Source: a virus. Taken from it: a stretch of 64,000 bases of DNA. Below the pieces are notes generated by a model that ran no database searches, was not told where the DNA came from, and saw nothing but the letters and a program-made list of their open reading frames with translations. The stretch is from the IMG/VR virus record IMGVR_UViG_3300010157_000060, positions 7,672 through 71,671 of that record; one strand, given 5' to 3'. This document shows positions 21,441 through 30,295 of the stretch, piece by piece. The first letter of the stretch is position 1. Each line of letters begins with the position of its first letter. The position numbers and the translations under genes are program-made.

Positions 21441-21893
21441 ATGGCAAGACAGATCATCAATCCTAGATGGGCGAATGATAAGAAGACGCACATCTTAGCA
21501 ACATTCAGGTACGATGACGGTAGGGAGATGGCCGCGTCGATAACTAACGTCGGCGATATCCAGAATCCTGATTGGAAAGAGATCATCGAGACGTTTGGAA
21601 CTGAGTACTTAGATAAAGCAGCAGATGACGCCCTAGCAGATCACATGCGCAGGAAGCAAGAGAGAGCTGAGCAGCAGAAGATAAACATAGAGAGGGCTGC
21701 TAAAGAAGCCCTATTCAACGTTAAAGCTGAGGCTTTTGATATGGACATCGTGAAGAACTCAAAGAACCGCGACATAAAGAACAAGATCCGCAGGGCGAGC
21801 ACGATGACCGAAGTGTACACCTACACTGCGCTTCTCCACATGCTAGAAGATCCTCTCGCTAATACGGACAACACAGCTTCAGCAAATACGTGA
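21441..21893 (+). CDS. Hypothetical protein
   Basis: 150-aa ORF tightly packed in the operon; charged helical C-terminal half. Confidence 0.65.
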   Translation: MARQIINPRWANDKKTHILATFRYDDGREMAASITNVGDIQNPDWKEIIETFGTEYLDKAADDALADHMRRKQERAEQQKINIERAAKEALFNVKAEAFDMDIVKNSKNRDIKNKIRRASTMTEVYTYTALLHMLEDPLANTDNTASANT

Positions 21894-21896
21894 TAT

Positions 21897-22661
21897 ATGA
21901 ATTGTGGTTATGTGTACGTTGCTTCGTGCAACAGTGAGTTCTATAGGGCGGCGATAAACTCTGCGGTATCTCTTCGGGACTACTACCCAGAAGCTAAGAT
22001 CGCACTCTTCACTCATGAGAAGTTCTTAAAAAAATCAGACGAGAAGTACTTCGATCACGTGCAGACTGGCATTCCGGTCAACGAGAGAGCGAAGATGTAC
22101 GGAATGGCGAGAACGCCGTTTGACCGCACGTTCTACATGGACTCTGATACTGAAATTAGATCTGAGAATATCAAAAAAGTGTTTGACATTCTTGGAGACT
22201 GTGATATAATGTTCACTAAGATAATACCACAAGTTTCCAAGGACGTATATATCGATGATGAAAATAACCTCCACTATCATGGTGGTGTGGTCCTCTACAA
22301 TAGCGATCCACTAACGATACAGCTGATGAGGGACTGGTACGAGTTCTACCAGTACCAGCAAAAATGCGAATGGAAAGAAAGCATATTCGCAGAGTACAGC
22401 GAGAAGATGAAACCATGGGACCAGTTCACCATGTGGTACCTTCTCTATAAGTACCCGAAGTACAGGGATATAAAGCACGACTTCTTTCCAAACGGTGGTA
22501 CTTCCTACAACTTCATATACCTGCTTGAAGAGAGAAGAGAGAAGTACAAAGACTACTACGACTTAGAGCAGATCGTCTACCACTATACTATTCCCGGAAT
22601 AAGGAAAGAAAATGCAGTCATTCTCAAGCCTCAATCCAGATCTTCTGAAGATTTTAACTGA
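21897..22661 (+). CDS. GT-A fold glycosyltransferase-like protein (GT8-like)
   Basis: GYVYVAS, SAVSLRDYYPE, TPFDRTFYMDSD (DxD), HGGVVLY, WDQFTMW. Confidence 0.75.
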   Translation: MNCGYVYVASCNSEFYRAAINSAVSLRDYYPEAKIALFTHEKFLKKSDEKYFDHVQTGIPVNERAKMYGMARTPFDRTFYMDSDTEIRSENIKKVFDILGDCDIMFTKIIPQVSKDVYIDDENNLHYHGGVVLYNSDPLTIQLMRDWYEFYQYQQKCEWKESIFAEYSEKMKPWDQFTMWYLLYKYPKYRDIKHDFFPNGGTSYNFIYLLEERREKYKDYYDLEQIVYHYTIPGIRKENAVILKPQSRSSEDFN

Positions 22662-23268
22662 GTTCAGCGACTTCTTCTACGGCCGAGACTTCTCTCACCT
22701 AGAGCCGCTGATCGGTAGCAACCCGAAGATGAAAGACGTCACGACTAAAGAGATGGGACCCACTGCGCTGAGTGATGAGTACTTGTTTGCAGGACTAGAT
22801 ACACCGCTGAAGTACGGCTTTCCTAGGCACTCTTTTGGTCTTGAGCTCCACTACGACAGGAAGTACATTCAGGACACGGAGCTTCTTGACCAGTGCCATA
22901 AGACCAACGATGAGCTCATGACGTTCTTTGGAGCTAGGAACAGCGCATTGCAGATGTTCTACCCGTCAGGCGGCTACATAGGATGGCACAACAACTGCAA
23001 CGCTGCTGGGTACAACATCATACTGTCATGTAACCCCGGCGGAGATGGGTACTTCAAGCACTACGATCACGTCAATAAGGTGTTCAACAACTTCCCTGAC
23101 CAGAGAGGTTGGAACTGCAAAGTCGGGTACTTTGGTTCTGACAAAGAGCCGGAGAAGATCTTCTGGCACTGCGCAGGAACTAACACACCTCGATTAACTT
23201 TCAGCTACATCATCTACGATGAGAACATCTGGAAAGACATGATCGACGACATCAACTACGATGGTTAA
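22612..23268 (+). CDS. Cupin/2OG-Fe(II) oxygenase-like protein
   Basis: YPSGGYIGWHNN and FWHCAGTNTPRLTFSY; has HxN where HxD is expected. Confidence 0.55.
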   Translation: MQSFSSLNPDLLKILTEFSDFFYGRDFSHLEPLIGSNPKMKDVTTKEMGPTALSDEYLFAGLDTPLKYGFPRHSFGLELHYDRKYIQDTELLDQCHKTNDELMTFFGARNSALQMFYPSGGYIGWHNNCNAAGYNIILSCNPGGDGYFKHYDHVNKVFNNFPDQRGWNCKVGYFGSDKEPEKIFWHCAGTNTPRLTFSYIIYDENIWKDMIDDINYDG

Positions 23269-23974
23269 CTTCATATGCTTAAAGTGGGGAGATAAGTATG
23301 GACCCGAGTACGTCAATAGGCTATACAGGTCTATTCGGAGATATTATGACGGATGTTGTAGCTTTTATTGCTATACCGATTCTGGCTTGGACCTTGATAA
23401 CGAAATAGAGATCAGGGACATCTCTGTTCTAAGAAGAGAAAACTATAAGTGCTTTACTGTCGAGAAGATCTTCTTATTTGACTCAGGGGTCATCAGCGGT
23501 AAGTGCGTTCTCTTAGATCTGGACGTCTTGATCTTAGATAGCTTAACTGAGTACTTAGATGAGTACGACTTCTCTGAGCCTAGGTTCACGCTTAGCCACA
23601 AGCCTAACCAGAACTACCCACTATTTGCGGACTTGTTCTTCCAGTCCGGTCCTAACTACGTTAACAGCTCATTTGTTACTTGGAGAGATGGACAGCTCGA
23701 CTGGCTCAGGGAGTTCTTCATGGAGAACAGGGAGATCATCGAGTACAAGTACTTAGACCTAGATACGGCCATATTTCAGACATGCAGGAAGAAGCTTCGC
23801 TTTCATCCGCAGAGTATCATATACTCATATAATGCTTACAGGGAGAAGCTCAACTCCAAGATCACGTACTTCAATACCTCACATGGTCGAGGTCAAGAGC
23901 TGCACGAAGGCCCGCAGTGGGCTACAGACCTATGGAGGGGTCATGATAGTGAATCAGCACTCGGAGGTCGCTGA
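23261..23974 (+). CDS. Glycosyltransferase-like protein, paralog A
   Basis: ICLKWGDKYGPEYVNRL, FYCYTD, LLDLD (DxD), VNSSFVTW. Confidence 0.75.
   Translation: MVNFICLKWGDKYGPEYVNRLYRSIRRYYDGCCSFYCYTDSGLDLDNEIEIRDISVLRRENYKCFTVEKIFLFDSGVISGKCVLLDLDVLILDSLTEYLDEYDFSEPRFTLSHKPNQNYPLFADLFFQSGPNYVNSSFVTWRDGQLDWLREFFMENREIIEYKYLDLDTAIFQTCRKKLRFHPQSIIYSYNAYREKLNSKITYFNTSHGRGQELHEGPQWATDLWRGHDSESALGGR
23656..23687 (+). repeat. 32-bp direct repeat, copy 1 (copy 2 at 24918-24949)
   Basis: ctacgttaacagctcatttgttacttggagag is identical in GT paralogs A and C. Confidence 0.9.
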
Positions 23975-24551
23975 CCCTTCGCTGCTTCATGCTGGCGCTG
24001 TCTATCATATGAGAGAAGTACCTTATCTTGCCGTACTTGTTGATGAACGTGTCATCGCCGTAGTGCTCAGACGTGTGCTTGAAGACGTCGCTGAGTAGCA
24101 TCTCAGCTAAGAAAGCGTGCGACTTTCCTATCCACCCCATCACCGAGCTGTTTCCGTAGCAGAAGAACCTAGGATCGCGATCACTCATGTCCTTAGGCTT
24201 CCATAGAGTATCAACTAGAGTTACACTTTCTGTGTCGATATCATCTAAAAGAAACTCCAGTTTACCAAGTATGTTGACATCTAGGTCAAAGTACAAGTTA
24301 GTGCAATCATGATTGCACTTCTCAAATATGAGAATTTTATTCCACCAAGTGTCGAGCTCATACTCGTCTACTCTAGCGAACTGTATCGGTAAGTCAGAAG
24401 ACTCATCGCGATCAGTCAAGCATATCAACTCAAAGTCCCTGGATAAATACTTATCAATGAGTAAGTACAACCTCTCGACGTGCTCTTTGGTGTACTTTGG
24501 CTTCACGAGAACACAGTAGATCTTTATAATGGAAAAGACAGTCAAGTTCAT
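23922..24551 (-). CDS. Glycosyltransferase-like protein, paralog B (opposite strand)
   Basis: KYTKEHVERL, LICLTD, WWNKILIF, LYFDLD (DxD), GNSSVMGW, YGDDTFI. Start codon uncertain. Confidence 0.75.
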   Translation of the reverse strand: MNLTVFSIIKIYCVLVKPKYTKEHVERLYLLIDKYLSRDFELICLTDRDESSDLPIQFARVDEYELDTWWNKILIFEKCNHDCTNLYFDLDVNILGKLEFLLDDIDTESVTLVDTLWKPKDMSDRDPRFFCYGNSSVMGWIGKSHAFLAEMLLSDVFKHTSEHYGDDTFINKYGKIRYFSHMIDSASMKQRRVSDLRVLIHYHDPSIGL

Positions 24552-25248
24552 AACTCTAAAGTGGGGTACTAAGTACGGGCCTGAGTACGTGAACAGGCTC
24601 TACGATAGCATAAAGAAGACATACACGGGACCATTTGAGTTCTACTGCTTTACTGATAACAGCAGGGGTCTCAAGTGCAGGACGTACCCCATCGAGATGC
24701 TTCCTCATTTCAAGTCCAACGTATTCACTGTCTGCAAGCTAGACCTATTTAATAAGATGCCGATGGTCGGCCCGTACGTCCTGCTCGATCTCGATCTATT
24801 GATTCTCAAGGACCTCAAGCCTTACTTTAACGAGTACAATTTTGAAGAGCCTAGGATGATCTACAACTACTGGACAGATCCAGAGAGAATCTACAGGTCT
24901 TACTTTACTGGTGACTGCTACGTTAACAGCTCATTTGTTACTTGGAGAGGAGACCAGCTGAGGTGGATGTACGATAAGTTCGTTGAGAACAAAGAGATAG
25001 TCGGCTTCAGGTTCAAGACTTTCGATAAGTTCATCTTCTACAGCAGCAGAAAGAAGATCGGCTACCACCCGAGAAAAGTTGTCTACGCTTACAGCTTCGG
25101 CGCCGAGTACCCAGAGGACAGGGACATATACAAGTACAGACCTGAGTACTACATATCTATATTCAATACATCTCACAAGCAGGGAACTGAGCTGCACGAA
25201 GCCGGCGGCTGGGCTAAAGAGAAGTGGACGCAGTATGATCGGAATTAG
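24529..25248 (+). CDS. Glycosyltransferase-like protein, paralog C
   Basis: ITLKWGTKYGPEYVNRL, FYCFTD, LLDLD, VNSSFVTW, FNTSH-x-QGxELHE; clear paralog of 23261..23974. Confidence 0.75.
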   Translation: MEKTVKFITLKWGTKYGPEYVNRLYDSIKKTYTGPFEFYCFTDNSRGLKCRTYPIEMLPHFKSNVFTVCKLDLFNKMPMVGPYVLLDLDLLILKDLKPYFNEYNFEEPRMIYNYWTDPERIYRSYFTGDCYVNSSFVTWRGDQLRWMYDKFVENKEIVGFRFKTFDKFIFYSSRKKIGYHPRKVVYAYSFGAEYPEDRDIYKYRPEYYISIFNTSHKQGTELHEAGGWAKEKWTQYDRN

Positions 25249-25849
25249 AGAAGAGATAAGAAGAATACATGAGATCTTATTTGAGGACTTTCTCAAGAAG
25301 CAGCACAAGTACGTGTACAGGCTATTTGAGATACACAATGACGCTCACATCAATAACAGGAACTACTACGTCTTCGAGATCATAAAGAAGAACTTCTCAG
25401 ATCTCAAGAAAGTAGTGATCATCAACAGCAGTAACCCAATACCTCTATGTCACTTCTTCAAGTCAGAGTACGACAGCGATATTACTCTGATATCAGATCA
25501 CCCATCTTTTGAGTTCACACAGAAGTTCTTCTCTGATTTCTTTAAGACAAATAACATCATAAAGAGCGCTTTCTTTGATGATCTAAGTGATGATATCAAG
25601 GGAGCAGACCTAGTGATCTTTCCAGAGTTCGAGTACATGGTGCCACTTGACATGCTCAAGTACTACAACGAGGGCACGATGACCATGGCAGTGCACCACA
25701 TAGCGCACGTCAACGATCACAACAGCCGGATGATGATCATGACTGAGCACGACTTACTTGAAGAGTGCAACTTCGACGAGGTGATAGACTCAGGGAGGAC
25801 CAAGAACTCCGATGGCAGAAATATATTCTACTCTTTGGGAATTCGGTAA
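25235..25849 (+). CDS. Hypothetical protein, possibly a degenerate Rossmann/methyltransferase-like fold
   Basis: Likely start is the ATG at 25235 (MIGIREE) overlapping the previous stop. KKVVII and ADLVIF strand pattern; no GxGxG. Confidence 0.45.
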   Translation: MIGIREEIRRIHEILFEDFLKKQHKYVYRLFEIHNDAHINNRNYYVFEIIKKNFSDLKKVVIINSSNPIPLCHFFKSEYDSDITLISDHPSFEFTQKFFSDFFKTNNIIKSAFFDDLSDDIKGADLVIFPEFEYMVPLDMLKYYNEGTMTMAVHHIAHVNDHNSRMMIMTEHDLLEECNFDEVIDSGRTKNSDGRNIFYSLGIR

Positions 25850-26502
25850 CTAGGATCTGCCGCGGTCATCTGCTTCATGAGATCATCTAGCCAGTGGTGA
25901 TCTACTCTCTTAACGTACTTAGCGTTCTCATTCTCAGCTATGATATCTGACAAGGTATCATCGTTTATCCGTATAGGAAAATCAAAGGCCTTCTCAAGCT
26001 GAGATAAGTACCTACCCCTGTAGAGATACAAGAGCTCAGTCGATACGTAGATCGGATCGTACTTGTAGAGTACTCTGTCTATCTCTTTGAGTAGAGCTGG
26101 GTAAGTTATCTTCTTCCTAACTCTCATCTGCTGGTACTTGAGTATGTTCACTTCTCTCCCAATAACTCCAACTTTCACTTCAAAGCCGGCTTCAATAGCC
26201 CTGCGGATGAACATCTCGTAGTCAGGTACTTCCATTGGGAGTCCCGTCATATCTGGGCTATTTCCCTTAGTCATGTACGGGCACGAGATGCTCGTGTAGT
26301 AGTTACCATTTAAGAACTCTCCTCTCTTGAATAGGTCTGGATTTTTCCAGTAGAGGTTGAAGGTCTCTTGACCGTGCAGCACCCAGTACTCCTGCGTTAG
26401 CTCTTTCCAGCCGATAACATCTGGATGATTGCTGATGATCTTACTCCACAGGTGATTTCCAGATCCCTGCGGGCCAGTAAATATGAGAAGCTTCTTAGAC
26501 AT
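25828..26502 (-). CDS. Sulfotransferase-like / P-loop fold protein 1
   Basis: N-terminal LLIFTGPQGSGNHLWSKII-x2-HP resembles the sulfotransferase 5'-PSB loop; VGVIGRE. Confidence 0.5.
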   Translation of the reverse strand: MSKKLLIFTGPQGSGNHLWSKIISNHPDVIGWKELTQEYWVLHGQETFNLYWKNPDLFKRGEFLNGNYYTSISCPYMTKGNSPDMTGLPMEVPDYEMFIRRAIEAGFEVKVGVIGREVNILKYQQMRVRKKITYPALLKEIDRVLYKYDPIYVSTELLYLYRGRYLSQLEKAFDFPIRINDDTLSDIIAENENAKYVKRVDHHWLDDLMKQMTAADPSYRIPKE

Positions 26503-27253
26503 TCTTCACCCACTCAAAATAAAGCCGATCGTGGCTGTCCTTCTTTAATGTAGTCATAGTGCAGCCGAGATCAGCTGACATCTTGTAAGCGTACTCAAAG
26601 CTCCAAGGAAATAAGTCTATCCAGTATCCCTCTTTCCTGTTCTTTCCGGGGTTAACCCTAACGTAGATGGTACCTCCTGGAGAAGTGAGCTCAACGACCC
26701 TCTTCATCCTGACAGCTACGTCCTCATAAGATCCGAAGTTTATGCTGCCGAACACGAGAACGTGATCGTAGGTGTTGTCAGGAACTCTGAAGTCCAGCAC
26801 GTCGACCATGAAGTCTGCGCACCTGTTGTATATGTCGATTCCAACGAGGTTGTTGATCTTCCCCTTGAACTGGTTGTATCCACAGCCGACGTCTAAGACG
26901 GCTTTTGGGTCTTGAGAGTTGATCCTGTTCACGATCTCCCATCCAGTATACTGGTAGTCATCAGTTCTTGGAGTCCAAGTTCCGTTGTACTCAAAGAAGC
27001 GCTTCCTGTACTTCTCATCTATCTCATCTACTAGATCGCCCAGAGTACGGCTGAAGTCCAGCTCAAACTCATATACGTTCTCAACTGCTTCTTTGAACTT
27101 CTCTAGTCTCTTAGGAGTCCACGGCAGTGAAGAGATGATGGTCTCTCTTTGAGCATCTAAGTTCAAGTGCGCGTACTTCTGTAGTTTGAAGTAAGACTCA
27201 AGAGATTCTTTCACAAAAGCAAAAATTTTCTTATTTGTCACTTTTTTTCCCAA
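26495..27253 (-). CDS. Class I SAM-dependent methyltransferase 1 with an N-terminal extension
   Basis: VLDVGCG motif I, LVGID, YDHVLVFGSINFG, PGG; TTG start. Confidence 0.75.
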   Translation of the reverse strand: MGKKVTNKKIFAFVKESLESYFKLQKYAHLNLDAQRETIISSLPWTPKRLEKFKEAVENVYEFELDFSRTLGDLVDEIDEKYRKRFFEYNGTWTPRTDDYQYTGWEIVNRINSQDPKAVLDVGCGYNQFKGKINNLVGIDIYNRCADFMVDVLDFRVPDNTYDHVLVFGSINFGSYEDVAVRMKRVVELTSPGGTIYVRVNPGKNRKEGYWIDLFPWSFEYAYKMSADLGCTMTTLKKDSHDRLYFEWVKNV

Positions 27254-27267
27254 TCAATAAGAAATTC

Positions 27268-27286
27268 ATATATATACTATATATAT
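27268..27286. promoter_or_regulatory. Palindromic AT element in the divergent intergenic region; candidate bidirectional promoter
   Basis: ATATATATA-C-TATATATAT is a perfect inverted repeat. TATATATA is one mismatch from TATAAATA and reads the same on both strands. Confidence 0.4.
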
Positions 27287-27321
27287 CATGAAGATGCTTA
27301 AATTTCTCCGGAGGAATAAAA

Positions 27322-28017
27322 ATGTCAGTAGAAGACTGGAACAAAGCCACGAGCGCGTGGGAGTACACTAAGACTAGAAGCAAGTACCACTTCGACACCC
27401 ACATTCGAGACATGAGATGGGACACGGTGATCGGTCTCGGTAAGCTTACCGGAGACTGGCAAGAAGAGCTCGCGCAGCAAGTTGAAGCTTCAACGCCGGT
27501 GACCATCGCCACTCGCAGGAACCAGTGGAGGCGCGAGCACGACAAGGTAAAGCTCAATACAGCCGAGACTAACGACTTCGTAGAGGTCGGCGCAGACCCA
27601 GAGATGACCATCTTCAGGGTACAGCATGACTTATCACCTACTTTCCAGAAGATGGTAGATATGATCGGGCTAGACCATCATGAATCTAGGCTTCACGTTC
27701 AGTATCCGGGAGAAGCTTTTCTCGGTCACGTCGATCGCTTTGACTTGAACTGGCCCGGAGTTGACCCAGAGAACTTGATCCGCATCGGTGTCATGCTCAA
27801 GGACTATGAGCAGGGGCACTTCTTCCAGTTCGGCAACCACCTCTACCAGTTCTGGCGCGCCGGGGACATACACACGTTTGACTACTGGAGCGTACCACAC
27901 TATACCGCGAACAGCGGTCTATCTCCAAGAGTGACGCTGTTCACTACTGGAATTATTACTGACAAGACGCGTGAGTTCTTAAAGAGCGCGCGCCGCACGA
28001 CTGAAATACTAATCTAA
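27322..28017 (+). CDS. 2OG-Fe(II) dioxygenase-like protein (Asp/Asn beta-hydroxylase-like motif spacing)
   Basis: HVQYPGEAFLGHVD (HxD), WRAGD, PHYTANSGLSPR; strong SD GGAGGA. Confidence 0.6.
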   Translation: MSVEDWNKATSAWEYTKTRSKYHFDTHIRDMRWDTVIGLGKLTGDWQEELAQQVEASTPVTIATRRNQWRREHDKVKLNTAETNDFVEVGADPEMTIFRVQHDLSPTFQKMVDMIGLDHHESRLHVQYPGEAFLGHVDRFDLNWPGVDPENLIRIGVMLKDYEQGHFFQFGNHLYQFWRAGDIHTFDYWSVPHYTANSGLSPRVTLFTTGIITDKTREFLKSARRTTEILI

Positions 28018-28033
28018 AATCATAGGAAGTGAA

Positions 28034-29473
28034 ATGAACATTTTTCCATTATTTGACCAAACTGCGGGGTTTGCGCTCATCGCGTTCTACGCGGTGGCCG
28101 TGTTCTTCTTAACGAGCTTCTTCTCTAAGGGGTTCGACAGCAGCAAAGAGAGCTTCTTGGTAGCCAACCGAGAGATCGGTTTCTTTCAGGGAACTTTCTC
28201 TGCTGGAGCTAGCTGGATTCACGCACCGGGTCTATTTGTCGCGGCCCAGCAGGGATATAACAATGGTTGGCCGGGAGTCTTCTGGTTCAGCTTCGGTAAC
28301 TTCTTCAGCTACATCGTCTTCGCGTACTTCATCAATAAGTTCCGGAACGACAACGGTAAGATCTTTACGCTGAGTGAGTACTTCAAGGGAAAATGGGGAG
28401 GCTTCATCAGCTTCTTAGTTCTACTCCAGCTCTTGCTCTTGACTCTTCAGTCGCTGACAATTGACTTGTTTGCCGGTACTCAGAGCGTCGCTCTCTTGAC
28501 CGGAATTAACCCGATGCTGATCTCAGCTCTACTAGTAGGTATCGCGCTGACTTACTCACTTCGCGGTGGAATCAAGGCGTCGATCGTCACTGACGTGATC
28601 AAGATCCTCATGATCTTCGTGGGCGTAGCAGTCGTCGGCTATACGGTGTACAGCACGACTGGAGTACAGCCTATCATCGATGGTATGGCCGGTAAGTCTG
28701 GAAAGGGAACATCTCTTTGGAGTGACAGCTTCGCTCTTGGCCTTCTCTTCGGCTTTGGTATACCTACGGTCATCGGTCACTTTGCCTCAGCTTGGACGAC
28801 CAATGAAGGGTACCAGAACGCCTTCGCTATGAAGCCGAACGTTGCACTCTGGGCGTACATCGCAGCTCCGTTCTGCTGGTTAGTTCTCCAGCTCATCGGT
28901 GGACCTCTCGGTATGATCGCTGCCGGCTTGCACATCGATGCTGGAACTAAGTCCGGCTTCGTCAACTTGATGGTTATGGCTCAAGTCGTTGGTCCATGGC
29001 TAGTGCTGGTGTTCTTGATGACGGTCTTCGCCGGCCTCATCAGCATCATCGACACGATGCTCATCAACAGCGCCAACATGGTGGGAAGTGACTTCCACGA
29101 CTACTTCAAGGGAAAGAACCCAGTTCTCTGGAGTCGAGTAGCCATGATCGTCTTCGCTGCGATCGGTATCTTACTCGCTAACATTCCGGGGCTAGATCTA
29201 AACACGATCTTCCTCTTCGGAAAGACGTTCCAGTTATGCTTCTTCATTCCAGTAGTGATAGGAGTAGTCGCTCCTCACTTCCTCACTAAGTGGGGATTCA
29301 TCTCAGGAGCGGCAGTTGGTTCTCTCGTTGGCTCTCCTCTCTATGTTTACGGGCTTCTCTTCGGCGGTGGTCCTAACATCCAAGTTACTGGAACTCTGAT
29401 CCAAGTATTTGGTGCTGGTATCGTATGCTACGTAGTTAGTAAGTACACAGCAAAGAGAGAAGCGATTGCATGA
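28034..29473 (+). CDS. Sodium:solute symporter (SSS) family transporter
   Basis: 479 aa, polytopic membrane protein. ESFLVANR, ASWIHAP, TLSEYF, YSLRGGIKASIVTDVI and SIIDTML are SSS motifs. Confidence 0.85.
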   Translation: MNIFPLFDQTAGFALIAFYAVAVFFLTSFFSKGFDSSKESFLVANREIGFFQGTFSAGASWIHAPGLFVAAQQGYNNGWPGVFWFSFGNFFSYIVFAYFINKFRNDNGKIFTLSEYFKGKWGGFISFLVLLQLLLLTLQSLTIDLFAGTQSVALLTGINPMLISALLVGIALTYSLRGGIKASIVTDVIKILMIFVGVAVVGYTVYSTTGVQPIIDGMAGKSGKGTSLWSDSFALGLLFGFGIPTVIGHFASAWTTNEGYQNAFAMKPNVALWAYIAAPFCWLVLQLIGGPLGMIAAGLHIDAGTKSGFVNLMVMAQVVGPWLVLVFLMTVFAGLISIIDTMLINSANMVGSDFHDYFKGKNPVLWSRVAMIVFAAIGILLANIPGLDLNTIFLFGKTFQLCFFIPVVIGVVAPHFLTKWGFISGAAVGSLVGSPLYVYGLLFGGGPNIQVTGTLIQVFGAGIVCYVVSKYTAKREAIA

Positions 29474-29931
29474 AGAAGATACTAATCTTCGGGCTGCCAG
29501 GGTCGGGTAAGACGACTCTGGCGAGAGCTCTAGTTCCTAGACTGAGAGCCGTTCACTGGAACGCAGATTCAGTCAGGGCTAACATAAACACCCATCTCGG
29601 TTTCTCTGAGAGTGACAGAGAAGAGCAAGCTAGGAGAATGGGCTGGCTATGCGATCAGGTAGTTAAATCAGGGAACTACGCGATCGCGGACTTCGTCTGC
29701 CCAACTAAAGCAACTCGTGATATATTTGGACCGTGCTATAAGATATGGATGAACACCATAGATGAGAGCCGCTTTGAGGACACGAACAAGATGTTCGAGG
29801 TACCTAAGCACGATGGCTTCGACCTGTGCATTAATAAGTGGAACGCTGAGTTCTGGGCTAAGTACATAGCAGAAGAGCTAGACTACATAGAGAAACCTAC
29901 ATTCGTGAAAACACTATTGAGGAACTTATAA
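29470..29931 (+). CDS. Adenylylsulfate (APS) kinase-like P-loop kinase
   Basis: ILIFGLPGSGKTTLA, NADSVR, LGFSESDREEQARR, DFVCP, FEVP; CysC-like but short. Confidence 0.75.
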   Translation: MKKILIFGLPGSGKTTLARALVPRLRAVHWNADSVRANINTHLGFSESDREEQARRMGWLCDQVVKSGNYAIADFVCPTKATRDIFGPCYKIWMNTIDESRFEDTNKMFEVPKHDGFDLCINKWNAEFWAKYIAEELDYIEKPTFVKTLLRNL

Positions 29932-29932
29932 G

Positions 29933-30295
29933 ATGTTTGATTGGAAGAAACCAACTGTGCAGCTTCTGGGAAGGTACCAGCCGTGGCATCCGGGACACAC
30001 TGAGCTCTTTAAGAGAGCGCACGCGAAAACAGGTCAGGTCTGCATCATGGTGCGTGACACGCAGGGCACTGACGAGAAGAACCCGTTTGATCTCTTCGCT
30101 GTAGCGAATTACATTAAAGAAGCACTCGGTAAAGAGGGCTTTGAGAGCGGAGTCGACTACGTTATCGTGGATGTTCCAAACATCGTGAACATCACCTACG
30201 GCCGTGATGTTGGATACACCATCGAGAAAGAGGACTTTGACAAAGAGATCCTCAAGATCTCAGCCACTCAGATCCGCAAAGAGATGGGCTTGTGA
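29933..30295 (+). CDS. Stand-alone HxGH nucleotidyltransferase (cytidylyltransferase-like)
   Basis: LGRYQPWHPGH and C-terminal ISATQIR. Confidence 0.8.
   Translation: MFDWKKPTVQLLGRYQPWHPGHTELFKRAHAKTGQVCIMVRDTQGTDEKNPFDLFAVANYIKEALGKEGFESGVDYVIVDVPNIVNITYGRDVGYTIEKEDFDKEILKISATQIRKEMGL

Noticed and set aside
23832-24098. 88-aa + strand ORF across the GT A/B junction
   Set aside because: Overlaps two well-supported genes and has no motif.
25079-25234. 5' extensions given by the ORF track (25079, also 37870, 55459, 58257)
   Set aside because: They overlap upstream genes or promoters. Downstream starts (25235, 37915, 55531, 58287) fit SD sites or stop-start coupling better.
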